From a virus: a stretch of 64,000 bases of DNA. The translations under genes were made by a program, and so were the position numbers. Every line of letters starts with the position of its first letter. The stretch's first letter is position 1. Location: the IMG/VR virus record IMGVR_UViG_3300028581_000013; one strand, given 5' to 3'. Below are positions 30,056 through 37,568 of this stretch, one piece after another. The notes beneath the pieces are model-generated. The model was not told where the DNA came from, made no database searches, and saw only the letters and a program-made list of their open reading frames with translations.

Positions 30056-30660
30056 CTTATTATGAAAAACATTTAACTTTAAATTGGGTTCATGTTAATC
30101 AAATTTATAGATATTCGAATAACATTACAGCAGCAGTGTATGCTTGGGCTTGGTTGAATAAAGAACCTAACAAAAAAACTTGGCCTTGTGATATAAAAGA
30201 TACATTTTATATTGGTATGAGTGGTGGATTGGAAGATGATTTTATAGCCGATAGAAAGGAAAAACACAGAGTTCCAGCACTAACAACTAGGTTTCACCTT
30301 AGAATGAAACAACATATAGGTTTTTTTCGTAATCCAAATGCAAAATTTGGAAAACAAGCTTTAAAATATAATTTATATCATGAATTGTTTAATGAAGAAA
30401 CGACACAAAATAAAGAATTGTATTGTGCAATTATGATTCCTAAAGATAATGTTTCTAGAGTTGGTTTGAGAAATAGATTGGAATTAATTGAATCGGAATT
30501 GAAAGAAGTATATTGTGAGAATTTTCATGAGATTCCTGTTTTATGTTTAGCAGAAAAAGATAATGTTACTGATTCGATGAAAAATTATAATTCAATTTCT
30601 CAACAAAAAATTAGAGAACATGAACAATCTAGTTTAATAAGGTTTTTTAAAAATGACTAA
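30052..30660 (+). CDS. Putative GIY-YIG-like endonuclease
   Basis: AVYAW...FYIGMS...RMKQH...IESEL pattern. Confidence 0.45.
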   Translation: MTYYEKHLTLNWVHVNQIYRYSNNITAAVYAWAWLNKEPNKKTWPCDIKDTFYIGMSGGLEDDFIADRKEKHRVPALTTRFHLRMKQHIGFFRNPNAKFGKQALKYNLYHELFNEETTQNKELYCAIMIPKDNVSRVGLRNRLELIESELKEVYCENFHEIPVLCLAEKDNVTDSMKNYNSISQQKIREHEQSSLIRFFKND

Positions 30661-31105
30661 AGACGAAATGATGAATGAGTTGGGTCTAGCCGGTGAAAAA
30701 ATCATCATTAATTTGTTGAGTGAAGAAGGTCGTAAGATTCAAAGTTCAATTAACAAATATGATTCAGAAAAAGATTTATTGGCTGATAATAAAAAAGTAG
30801 AAGTTAAAACACAAGTACCTTTTATTATGCAAAATGCTTTTACTTTTAAACCAAATCAACTCCGTAAATGTCGTTCTGTGGATGAATTGTATTTTGTTTC
30901 TGTACCAGCTAGCCATCATACCGATAAGTGGGCTGGCTGGATTTTTAAAGCAGACCCTAAAAGTTTTAAAACTAGAAACTATAAAACAAAAGATGGCCGT
31001 GATATGTTATTGGTTGACCGTGAACAAGATTCGTTGACACCAATCAAAAAAATGTCCATGGAAGAAATAAAGGAGTTGCAAAAATATACGGTATCGGGGT
31101 ACTAA
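30653..31105 (+). CDS. Putative PD-(D/E)xK nuclease
   Basis: LGLAGEK...KDLL...VEVKT. Confidence 0.55.
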   Translation: MTKDEMMNELGLAGEKIIINLLSEEGRKIQSSINKYDSEKDLLADNKKVEVKTQVPFIMQNAFTFKPNQLRKCRSVDELYFVSVPASHHTDKWAGWIFKADPKSFKTRNYKTKDGRDMLLVDREQDSLTPIKKMSMEEIKELQKYTVSGY

Positions 31106-31106
31106 G

Positions 31107-31499
31107 ATGCCAGATTTATTTAAAGAAATTCTTCCGTCTATACTAGAGAAGAAAAAGAGTGTGTTTTTGGATGAATATGATTATAAAGACTATAATCCTT
31201 ATATCATCAATCGAGCCTTGTCGTACCACATGGATTGCATACTCTATGTCAATGAACTAAACAAGAATCCTAACCTTGAAAAGGACTTACAATATTCATA
31301 TCTTCTAAATACCATAAGACCAATGAAACGGAAATTTCAACCGTGGCAGAAATCAGAGGTCGATAAAGATATGGAATGTGTCAAACAGTATTTTGGTTAC
31401 TCCAACGAGAAAGCCAAAGAAGCTTTGCGTATTCTTAATGATGAACAAATCGCTGAAATAAAAGCTAAAACAAATAAAGGCGGAGTGAACAAGTCATGA
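31107..31499 (+). CDS. gp62: Clamp loader small subunit
   Basis: YNPYIINRALS, YFGYSNEKAKEALRIL. Confidence 0.93.
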   Translation: MPDLFKEILPSILEKKKSVFLDEYDYKDYNPYIINRALSYHMDCILYVNELNKNPNLEKDLQYSYLLNTIRPMKRKFQPWQKSEVDKDMECVKQYFGYSNEKAKEALRILNDEQIAEIKAKTNKGGVNKS

Positions 31500-31903
31500 T
31501 TGCAATCATAGATTTAGTTGAAGTTACATTAGGTGAGAAAGATGATTTCCTCAAGGTCCGTGAAACGTTAACACGAATCGGTGTAGCTTCCAAAAAAGAC
31601 AAAATTCTTTACCAATCTTGTCATATTCTACATAAACAAAGCAGGTATTACATAGTACATTTCAAAGAACTATTTGCTTTGGATGGTAAACCAACTGACA
31701 TTACCGAAAACGATCTATCTCGTAGAAACGCAATTGCCAAACTACTAGAAGATTGGGGTCTGGTAAAAATATTGGATAAAAGTAAAGTGGAAAACCCACC
31801 TCCAATATTCTTATCTCAAATTAAGATCATATCACATAAAGAAAAAGACGATTGGGATTTGGTACCCAAGTATAATATTGGTAAAAAACCAGGAGCCTAT
31901 TGA
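31496..31903 (+). CDS. regA: Translational repressor RegA
   Basis: DDFLKVRETLTRIGVAS, LYQSCHILHKQ, YYIVHFKELF. Confidence 0.97.
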   Translation: MIAIIDLVEVTLGEKDDFLKVRETLTRIGVASKKDKILYQSCHILHKQSRYYIVHFKELFALDGKPTDITENDLSRRNAIAKLLEDWGLVKILDKSKVENPPPIFLSQIKIISHKEKDDWDLVPKYNIGKKPGAY

Positions 31904-31918
31904 CAAAATAGGCTTTTT
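31894..31918 (+). terminator. Terminator-like hairpin after regA, overlapping the -35 of the hsp20 promoter
   Basis: AGCCTATT-GACAA-AATAGGCT followed by TTTT. Confidence 0.65.
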
Positions 31919-31930
31919 GTGTTATAAATA
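31900..31930 (+). promoter_or_regulatory. Composite promoter: TTGACA-N17-TATAAA (sigma70) with superimposed late TATAAATA (31923-31930)
   Basis: Directly visible upstream of hsp20. Confidence 0.75.
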
Positions 31931-31935
31931 TGGAT

Positions 31936-31998
31936 GTAGGTGCCTCAGGGGCCTATAATTTTGATTAACTCGCTTAAACTAAGGAGCACATAAACATG
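31936..31998 (+). promoter_or_regulatory. ROSE-like RNA thermometer in the hsp20 5' UTR
   Basis: 5' hairpin at 31936-31956, then CTC-G-CTTA / TAAGGAG stem sequestering the SD with a bulged G (UCGCU motif). Confidence 0.7.
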
Positions 31999-32457
31999 AC
32001 TACAAGTCTATTACCAAGTCTATTTGACTTTCACAAAACGCTGGATCCATTCACAGTTGGTTACGATAAGTTCTTCAAAGACATTGAAGAAGTTACCAAA
32101 AATGTAACCAAGAATATACCATCGTATCCCCCATACAATATCAAACAAGTAAGCAAGAACAAGTATGTCATTGAAATGGCAGTTGCTGGTTTTGCCAAGT
32201 CTGATATTGAAGTAACTCTTGAAGGTAATAAATTGGTCATCAAAGGTGCTGCAAAAGAAGATGAACTTAAAGAAGAAGAAAATTTCCTCTTTAAAGGAAT
32301 CGCTAACCGTAACTTTACACGTTCATTTACATTGGCTGACAAGATTGAAATCGGTCAAGCTGAAATGATGAATGGTATGTTGCGTGTATGGTTAGAGAAT
32401 CTTGTGCAGGCTCAAGATACCATTAAAAAGATTGCCATTAAAGAAAAGAGTGTATAA
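31996..32457 (+). CDS. Small heat-shock protein (Hsp20, IbpA-like)
   Basis: SYPPYNI, IEMAVAGF, KGIANRNFTRSFTLA, NGMLRV. Confidence 0.95.
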   Translation: MTTSLLPSLFDFHKTLDPFTVGYDKFFKDIEEVTKNVTKNIPSYPPYNIKQVSKNKYVIEMAVAGFAKSDIEVTLEGNKLVIKGAAKEDELKEEENFLFKGIANRNFTRSFTLADKIEIGQAEMMNGMLRVWLENLVQAQDTIKKIAIKEKSV

Positions 32458-32519
32458 TGAACTGGTGGCCCGTAACCGATGAGGAATGGGAACAGTTGAA
32501 TTATCCAAAAAGTCGGTAA
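32457..32519 (+). CDS. 20-aa micro-ORF MNWWPVTDEEWEQLNYPKSR coupled to hsp20
   Basis: TAATG stop/start overlap; ends just before a hairpin. Confidence 0.45.
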   Translation: MNWWPVTDEEWEQLNYPKSR

Positions 32520-32534
32520 AAATATAGGGGGCTC

Positions 32535-32563
32535 TTGACAGACCCCCTATTCTATGTTATAAT
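32535..32563 (+). promoter_or_regulatory. Consensus sigma70 promoter TTGACA-N17-TATAAT with extended -10 TG; -35 lies inside an inverted repeat (32524-32550)
   Basis: Perfect consensus hexamers. Confidence 0.85.
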
Positions 32564-32573
32564 GGTACATATT

Positions 32574-32774
32574 ATGAAAAAAGTGAAACCAAAATCAGTT
32601 CTCAAAAAAGTTCGTGCCAAAAATGGTACGGATATCTTCTATACATATTCTAATTGGCCAATCGAAGAAATTGATGGCCAACAATTTATTGCCGTTGTAA
32701 AACAAATGCCTGATCCAAAAAAGAATCAGGTAATTCATTATATGAAAAAGGATAGTATGGAGTATGTGAAATGA
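32574..32774 (+). CDS. Hypothetical protein
   Basis: ATG 32574 just downstream of the promoter; ATGA overlap with the next gene. Confidence 0.6.
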   Translation: MKKVKPKSVLKKVRAKNGTDIFYTYSNWPIEEIDGQQFIAVVKQMPDPKKNQVIHYMKKDSMEYVK

Positions 32775-33001
32775 GTTTCTTAGTTCAACATCAATTATTA
32801 AATAATCAAAAACGAAAATTTGATCCCAAAAATAAAAAAGACATTGAATTATTTAAAATGTTTTTAACGGAAAATAAATGGAATGGACCTTGTCCTTTTC
32901 TTTTAGAAGAACCACATACTGTAATTCCTGAAATGTTAAAAGACAAATATATTCGTAGTCAATTTAATATTCCAGAACCTATTGGTGAAATTTTAAGATG
33001 A
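32771..33001 (+). CDS. Hypothetical protein
   Basis: ORF with GGAG SD, coupled on both sides. Confidence 0.65.
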   Translation: MSFLVQHQLLNNQKRKFDPKNKKDIELFKMFLTENKWNGPCPFLLEEPHTVIPEMLKDKYIRSQFNIPEPIGEILR

Positions 33002-33171
33002 ATTGGTTGAAATATTCTGGTTGTAATATTACATTAAAATTAAATCCATTTCATTGGAGATTAAATTTCAGTAAAGGTAGTGAGAATGATGCTTGGGAAA
33101 TTTCAACATCATATATTATTGAATTATTACCTATCACGATCCGAATATGGATTGATGACGGTAGTTGGTAG
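32998..33171 (+). CDS. Small hypothetical protein (57 aa, MNWLKYSGCNITLKLNPFHW...), not in the ORF track
   Basis: ATGA overlap with the previous gene; stops 7 nt before the tRNA. Confidence 0.6.
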   Translation: MNWLKYSGCNITLKLNPFHWRLNFSKGSENDAWEISTSYIIELLPITIRIWIDDGSW

Positions 33172-33178
33172 ACCAAAG

Positions 33179-33253
33179 GGGCCTTTAGCATATCGGTAGA
33201 TGCGTCCGGCTCATAACCGGTTGAAGAAAGTTCAACTCTTTCAAGGCCCACCA
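33179..33253 (+). tRNA. tRNA with CAT anticodon, most likely tRNA-Ile2 (lysidine type)
   Basis: GGGCCTT/AAGGCCC acceptor, A73, CCA encoded; C4-G69 and C5-G68 are TilS determinants; loop CTCATAA. Confidence 0.85.
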
Positions 33254-33606
33254 ATATTGTTTTCTGGATAATGTGTTTCCATGTGGCAGTTATGACAAAG
33301 CACAACACATTTTTTGGCTTCTTGTAAAAGTTTATCAAATTTTGTGTTGGAACAATGTCTAAGATCCAATGTAAACTCTTTATCGTGTAAATGGTGAAAA
33401 CATAATGCAGAATAATTTTTTTTGTATCCACAAATATTACATTGGCCACCTAGTGTGTTTAATAATTTAATTTTGTTTTTTTCTCCACGAACTCTTTGAG
33501 ATTTATATGCTTGATTTCTTATATTACTACTTTTCATTTTACAAGAAACTGAGCAATACATTTTTTGCAAACCAGTTAGTTTATTTGAACATATTTTACA
33601 ATTCAT
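33241..33606 (-). CDS. HNH endonuclease with N-terminal Cys zinc finger
   Basis: CKIC..YCSVSC; GGQCNICGY...FHH...LCHNCHMETH; AGGAGG SD. Confidence 0.85.
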   Translation of the reverse strand: MNCKICSNKLTGLQKMYCSVSCKMKSSNIRNQAYKSQRVRGEKNKIKLLNTLGGQCNICGYKKNYSALCFHHLHDKEFTLDLRHCSNTKFDKLLQEAKKCVVLCHNCHMETHYPENNIGGP

Positions 33607-33664
33607 ATTGAGTCCTCCTATTAATATATAGTATTATGAAGTTTTTCATAAACCTTTTAAAACT

Positions 33665-34111
33665 ATGAAACAAAAATTTATTGACGCTTACATGGATGTG
33701 GCAGAGAGATTTGCCAAATTATCCAGTGCCAAACGATTGAAGGTTGGTGCCATTGTGGTAAAAGATGACCGAATTATATCTATCGGTTATAATGGTATGC
33801 CAGCTGGCTGGACCAATGAATGTGAAGAAGTGGTAGAATACCTAGAAGATGGTGGTACTATCACCAAAACAAAGGATGAAGTGATCCACGCCGAGGCTAA
33901 TGCCATCGCTAAACTGGCCAAAAGTAGTGAATCTGGAGATGGTTCCACCATGTTCCTGACACATGCTCCATGTATTCATTGTGCAAAACAAGTCTATACC
34001 GCTGGTATTAAAAAGGTATATTACCGTAATTCGTATCGAGATACCATCGGCATAGACTTCTTAAATCATTGTGGTATATCAGTAGAACAAATTTCACCTG
34101 GTGAAAACTAG
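33665..34111 (+). CDS. cd: dCMP deaminase
   Basis: IGYNG, HAEANA, PCIHC. Confidence 0.93.
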   Translation: MKQKFIDAYMDVAERFAKLSSAKRLKVGAIVVKDDRIISIGYNGMPAGWTNECEEVVEYLEDGGTITKTKDEVIHAEANAIAKLAKSSESGDGSTMFLTHAPCIHCAKQVYTAGIKKVYYRNSYRDTIGIDFLNHCGISVEQISPGEN

Positions 34112-34117
34112 ATATCA

Positions 34118-34125
34118 CCTAAATA
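34118..34125 (+). promoter_or_regulatory. Late promoter variant CCTAAATA
   Basis: Intergenic, upstream of the metallopeptidase. Confidence 0.5.
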
Positions 34126-34164
34126 TTTGAGAAGTATTAGTTGGTTTTCACAGGAGAAACCTCA

Positions 34165-34701
34165 ATGCAACTCAGTATAATCGGATGTCCCGATAAGAAA
34201 CGCTTTCGACCTTTTGTTAAGCGTGCGGCTATTTTTTATGCCGGACAACTGATGACACCTAAAATGATAGAAAACATTAGTGTCCGTATTAAGTTTGATC
34301 CAAAACTTGATGCTCTTGGATATGCAGAAGTATTGGATTATAATGATAGCAATAAACCTAGAGAGTTTCAGATTGAAATAAATCCTTTATGTGGTTCACA
34401 TGATATATTGGAAACTATAGCACACGAAATGGTTCATGTTAAACAATATGTGTATGGCGAAACCAATGAATATGGTACACGATGGAGAGGTCAAAGAATT
34501 ACCGAAAATATGGATTATTATGATGAGCCATGGGAAATAGAAGCACACGGGTTATCCACAGGATTGTTTACCAAATTTGCTATCAAAGAAAAATTATGGG
34601 AAGTGTTTAGTGATGTTCGTAATCCGGATGCACCACTCAAACCAGAACCAATAGCATGGTTAAATATACCACAAATAAGTGTTGACAATCACACTATATA
34701 A
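34165..34701 (+). CDS. Zincin-type (HExxH) metallopeptidase-like protein
   Basis: TIAHEMVHVKQ ... PWEIEA; AGGAG SD. Confidence 0.8.
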   Translation: MQLSIIGCPDKKRFRPFVKRAAIFYAGQLMTPKMIENISVRIKFDPKLDALGYAEVLDYNDSNKPREFQIEINPLCGSHDILETIAHEMVHVKQYVYGETNEYGTRWRGQRITENMDYYDEPWEIEAHGLSTGLFTKFAIKEKLWEVFSDVRNPDAPLKPEPIAWLNIPQISVDNHTI

Positions 34702-34710
34702 TGTTATAGT
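34682..34710 (+). promoter_or_regulatory. Sigma70 promoter TTGACA-N17-TATAGT with extended -10 TG, driving the tRNA-Gly-like RNA
   Basis: Ends 9 nt before the RNA 5' end. Confidence 0.8.
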
Positions 34711-34719
34711 ATTACATAT

Positions 34720-34789
34720 GCGGTCGGGGTATAGAACCAGAGTAGGTGTCCAACTTACTCATCTAGTGCGAATCTAGACCACCGCTCCA
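34720..34789 (+). tRNA. Non-canonical 70-nt tRNA-Gly(TCC)-like RNA
   Basis: GCGGT.GG/CCACCGC acceptor, U73, CCA; minimal D arm; 7-bp anticodon stem with TG-TCC-AA loop; T arm TCTAG-TGCGAAT-CTAGA. Confidence 0.75.
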
Positions 34790-34809
34790 AATTCTTTAAG
34801 GACTATATC

Positions 34810-34983
34810 ATGGCAGTTTCAAAATCAAAAAAGAAAAATCCAATGTTGACTAAAAATGGCAAGCCAAGATTAGGTCCATTAAATCTTAAACAGCTTAATG
34901 ATATGTTAGAAAAATCTAGTAGACCAAAAGATAAAGCTAAGATTCAAAAACGCATCACCGAATTGGCTGCACGGCCCCTTTAG
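34810..34983 (+). CDS. Small basic protein (57 aa, MAVSKSKKKNPMLTKNGKPRLGPL...), not in the ORF track
   Basis: AAGGA SD; stop codon lies inside the 5' end of tRNA-Thr. Confidence 0.65.
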   Translation: MAVSKSKKKNPMLTKNGKPRLGPLNLKQLNDMLEKSSRPKDKAKIQKRITELAARPL

Positions 34984-35047
34984 TTAAATGGTATAACGCT
35001 AGATTTGTAATCTTGAATTGTTAGTTCGATTCTATCAAGGGGCACCA
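34974..35047 (+). tRNA. tRNA-Thr(TGT)
   Basis: GCCCCTT/AAGGGGC acceptor, A73, CCA; loop TT-TGT-AA; TTCGATT T loop; one T-T mismatch each in the anticodon and T stems. Confidence 0.8.
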
Positions 35048-35640
35048 TTAGGAGGATTCATAAAATTTTCAATTAAAGTTGTAACATCACCATATTGATA
35101 ATCTTCAAGCATTTCGATGACAATATCAACAATTTGAATTTGTCTTATGAAATTTTGTAATTCGTTTTCATGGTTCTTTAATTGATTTTCGGCAAACATT
35201 TTTAACATATTTTCACCTTGCTCATTTTTCTTTTTAATTTTTTTGATTATTTTTTTTAATCTGAATATGTAACCATTACAAGTATTAATGTTATTGTTTA
35301 TGTTTAGTTTTTCTCGCCTACTTTCATTTTTCATAATCAGTATTAGATCATCAAGATCGGGATTAATGTTTGGAAGTAAATTGAAAAATAACCGACTAAG
35401 TTGTTCTAGAGCTTGATCACGGAGACTTGTACCAGATTCGTAATGACCGGTGGTGTCGTATTTTTTTCTGTTAACGGGATCACTTAAAACTTCATAGGCG
35501 TTTTTTATTTCCTTGAATATTTCAGGATCGCCGCCTTTGTCTGGATGATGTTGTTGAGCGAGTGATTTATATTTGGCTTTAATTTCTTCAAATGTTGCAT
35601 TTTTAGAAACGCCTAAGATATCATATAGATTTTTATTCAT
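35035..35640 (-). CDS. DnaJ (J-domain) protein
   Basis: NLYDILGVSKNAT...QHHPDKGG...AYEVLSDPVNRKKYD; ATG at 35640. Confidence 0.9.
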   Translation of the reverse strand: MNKNLYDILGVSKNATFEEIKAKYKSLAQQHHPDKGGDPEIFKEIKNAYEVLSDPVNRKKYDTTGHYESGTSLRDQALEQLSRLFFNLLPNINPDLDDLILIMKNESRREKLNINNNINTCNGYIFRLKKIIKKIKKKNEQGENMLKMFAENQLKNHENELQNFIRQIQIVDIVIEMLEDYQYGDVTTLIENFMNPPNGAP

Positions 35641-35645
35641 ACATG

Positions 35646-35653
35646 TATTTATA
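35646..35653 (-). promoter_or_regulatory. Late promoter TATAAATA (minus strand)
   Basis: Exact consensus, 5 nt upstream of the J-domain ATG. Confidence 0.7.
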
Positions 35654-36367
35654 ATGAGTTCCATACCTAAAATTGCACACGTTGCTTGGAAGACTAAAGA
35701 TGTGTTCGACAGTAAATCACCACTCATTGTCAATGGTTTGCGCAAACTAATTGATTTGAATCCTGACTGGACTGTTACAGTACATGATGATAATGATGTG
35801 GATGAATATCTAAGAAATGTTTTAAATAAAAGAGATTACAATTTAATTAAAGATATACATATAGTTGAAAAAACTGATTTATGGAGGCTCTTTAAATTAT
35901 ACAATGAAGGTGGTCTTTACATTGACATTGACCGTTTTTGTAATATACCATTGTCAGCAATTATAACAGATGGTATAAAGTGTGTATTACCAACTTGTTT
36001 GGAGTGGGATTTTTCACAAGACTTTATGTTGACTGAACCTAAAAATCCAATTCAAGCAAAAACAATTGAATTGATATTACAGAGGCGGTATGAAGGACAT
36101 AAGAATGTTTTCTTTTTAGGTCCACAAACATACATGCACGCCGTAACAACAGTATTATTTGGTGAAATGATTAACACGGATCCTGGTGTTGAGAAGTTTG
36201 ATGAGATGCGTAAGTATATGGAACAAATTCCGTTTATTAAAACATACAGGGAACATCCACCCCACAATACAATAATTTATAAAGGTGATGGTGTTCTGGA
36301 CTGGGAAAAATTAAAAAAAGAATTTTATGCTGAGGCCAATATAAAACATTGGTCTGGTGAATGGTAA
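35654..36367 (+). CDS. Glycosyltransferase, GT32/Och1-like (DxD)
   Basis: IPKIAHVAW, KTDLWRLFKLYNEGGLYIDID. Confidence 0.85.
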   Translation: MSSIPKIAHVAWKTKDVFDSKSPLIVNGLRKLIDLNPDWTVTVHDDNDVDEYLRNVLNKRDYNLIKDIHIVEKTDLWRLFKLYNEGGLYIDIDRFCNIPLSAIITDGIKCVLPTCLEWDFSQDFMLTEPKNPIQAKTIELILQRRYEGHKNVFFLGPQTYMHAVTTVLFGEMINTDPGVEKFDEMRKYMEQIPFIKTYREHPPHNTIIYKGDGVLDWEKLKKEFYAEANIKHWSGEW

Positions 36368-36368
36368 T

Positions 36369-37082
36369 ATGAAAACAATAACACTACCTAGATTACTACA
36401 ACCTTATTACTGTTCCGACCTTGTTAGAGTTGGTAAAAATAATGATGGTGGTTATCTTTTAAATAAAAATGATATATTGAAAAGTGAATGTTTATTATCC
36501 TTTGGCATCAATGATGACTGGTCTTTTGAGGATCAATTTCTTAAAATTAAAGATTGTCCTTTATTTGGTTATGATAATTCCGTAAATGATGTTATGTTAA
36601 AAGATAAAGGATTGTATGAATCTCATAAAGAATTTTTTACTGGTACAAAACAACACATAACGAAAAACATAGGTAAAAATAATACATCCGATGAAATCAC
36701 TTTTGAATCTGTTTTAGAAAATAAAGGTAAAAATATTTTTTTAAAGTGTGATATTGAAGGTTCTGAATATAAGATTTTAGACAATATACTCACACACACA
36801 AAATTGTTTTCTGGTATTGTGATTGAATTTCATGATATACAAGATAATTTTAACTTGAATGAAATGGCTAATTTTATTAGTAAATTGGATCAAAAATTAG
36901 TTCATGTACATATAAACAATTATTCTTATATGCAAATTGATGAAAATCAATATATACCTTCAGTTGTTGAATTGTCTTTTACTTCATCAGATAATATAAA
37001 ATTAAAAAAACATATTAATTTTCCAAATTCTTTAGACATGCCAAATTGTCCAGAAAGAGAAGATTTTACCATAATATTTTGA
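36369..37082 (+). CDS. FkbM-like SAM-dependent methyltransferase
   Basis: RVGKNNDGGY, LSFGINDDWSFE, LKCDIEGSEY, IEFH. Confidence 0.8.
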   Translation: MKTITLPRLLQPYYCSDLVRVGKNNDGGYLLNKNDILKSECLLSFGINDDWSFEDQFLKIKDCPLFGYDNSVNDVMLKDKGLYESHKEFFTGTKQHITKNIGKNNTSDEITFESVLENKGKNIFLKCDIEGSEYKILDNILTHTKLFSGIVIEFHDIQDNFNLNEMANFISKLDQKLVHVHINNYSYMQIDENQYIPSVVELSFTSSDNIKLKKHINFPNSLDMPNCPEREDFTIIF

Positions 37083-37172
37083 AAAATGGTTGGATGTTCG
37101 GAGCCTCCGAAAATTTTTTTGCCATTCTCAAGATTCAAAAAAGTAATTTTAGTTTTTGATATATATAATTAT

Positions 37173-37247
37173 AGCGGGGTAGCTCAGAGGTAGAGCATTG
37201 GACTCATAATCCAGGGGCCGTAGGTTCGATTCCTTCCCCCGCAACCA
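37173..37247 (+). tRNA. tRNA-Met(CAT), initiator-like
   Basis: AGCGGGG/CCCCGCA with unpaired 1:72, A73, CCA; loop CTCATAA; only two G-C pairs in the anticodon stem. Confidence 0.85.
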
Positions 37248-37260
37248 ATAAGGAGATATT

Positions 37261-37404
37261 ATGACACAGCCAAAAACCAAAGGTGGAGTTTCACCAATTG
37301 AGATTCACACTATTCCTAAACCAAAAACTCCATCAACACCAAAACCAAAACAAACATTTGTTCCTAAGATGACTGTAATGCGAAAGGCAGGTAGAGGTAG
37401 ATGA
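37261..37404 (+). CDS. Small Pro/Lys-rich protein (47 aa), not in the ORF track
   Basis: AAGGAG SD; MTQPKTKGG...RKAGRGR. Confidence 0.6.
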   Translation: MTQPKTKGGVSPIEIHTIPKPKTPSTPKPKQTFVPKMTVMRKAGRGR

Positions 37405-37568
37405 CATCCGATTTAGAGAAGTATCGTCAACAAGCTTTAGAGTTATGGTTTAATAATGGAGGTTCATGCACTGGTGCACAGCCACCTGAACCAAAAGATA
37501 TTGATGATGCAATAGCTGAAGATGAAGAATTTAAACGAATAGGAAAATTAAATGATTCAAATCACTGA
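37401..37568 (+). CDS. Small hypothetical protein (55 aa, [17 protein letters not shown]...), not in the ORF track
   Basis: ATGA coupling to the previous ORF. Confidence 0.55.
   Translation: MTSDLEKYRQQALELWFNNGGSCTGAQPPEPKDIDDAIAEDEEFKRIGKLNDSNH

Noticed and set aside
33051-33449. 132-aa minus ORF spanning tRNA-Ile2
   Set aside because: Overlaps both the HNH gene in another frame and the whole tRNA; no motifs
35573-35745. Longer starts of the J-domain (35745) and GT32 (35573) ORFs in the track
   Set aside because: They would overlap each other; the domains begin at ATG 35640 and 35654
37097-37120. TTCGGA-GCC-TCCGAA hairpin before tRNA-Met
   Set aside because: Short stem with an offset T-run; possible weak terminator but not well supported
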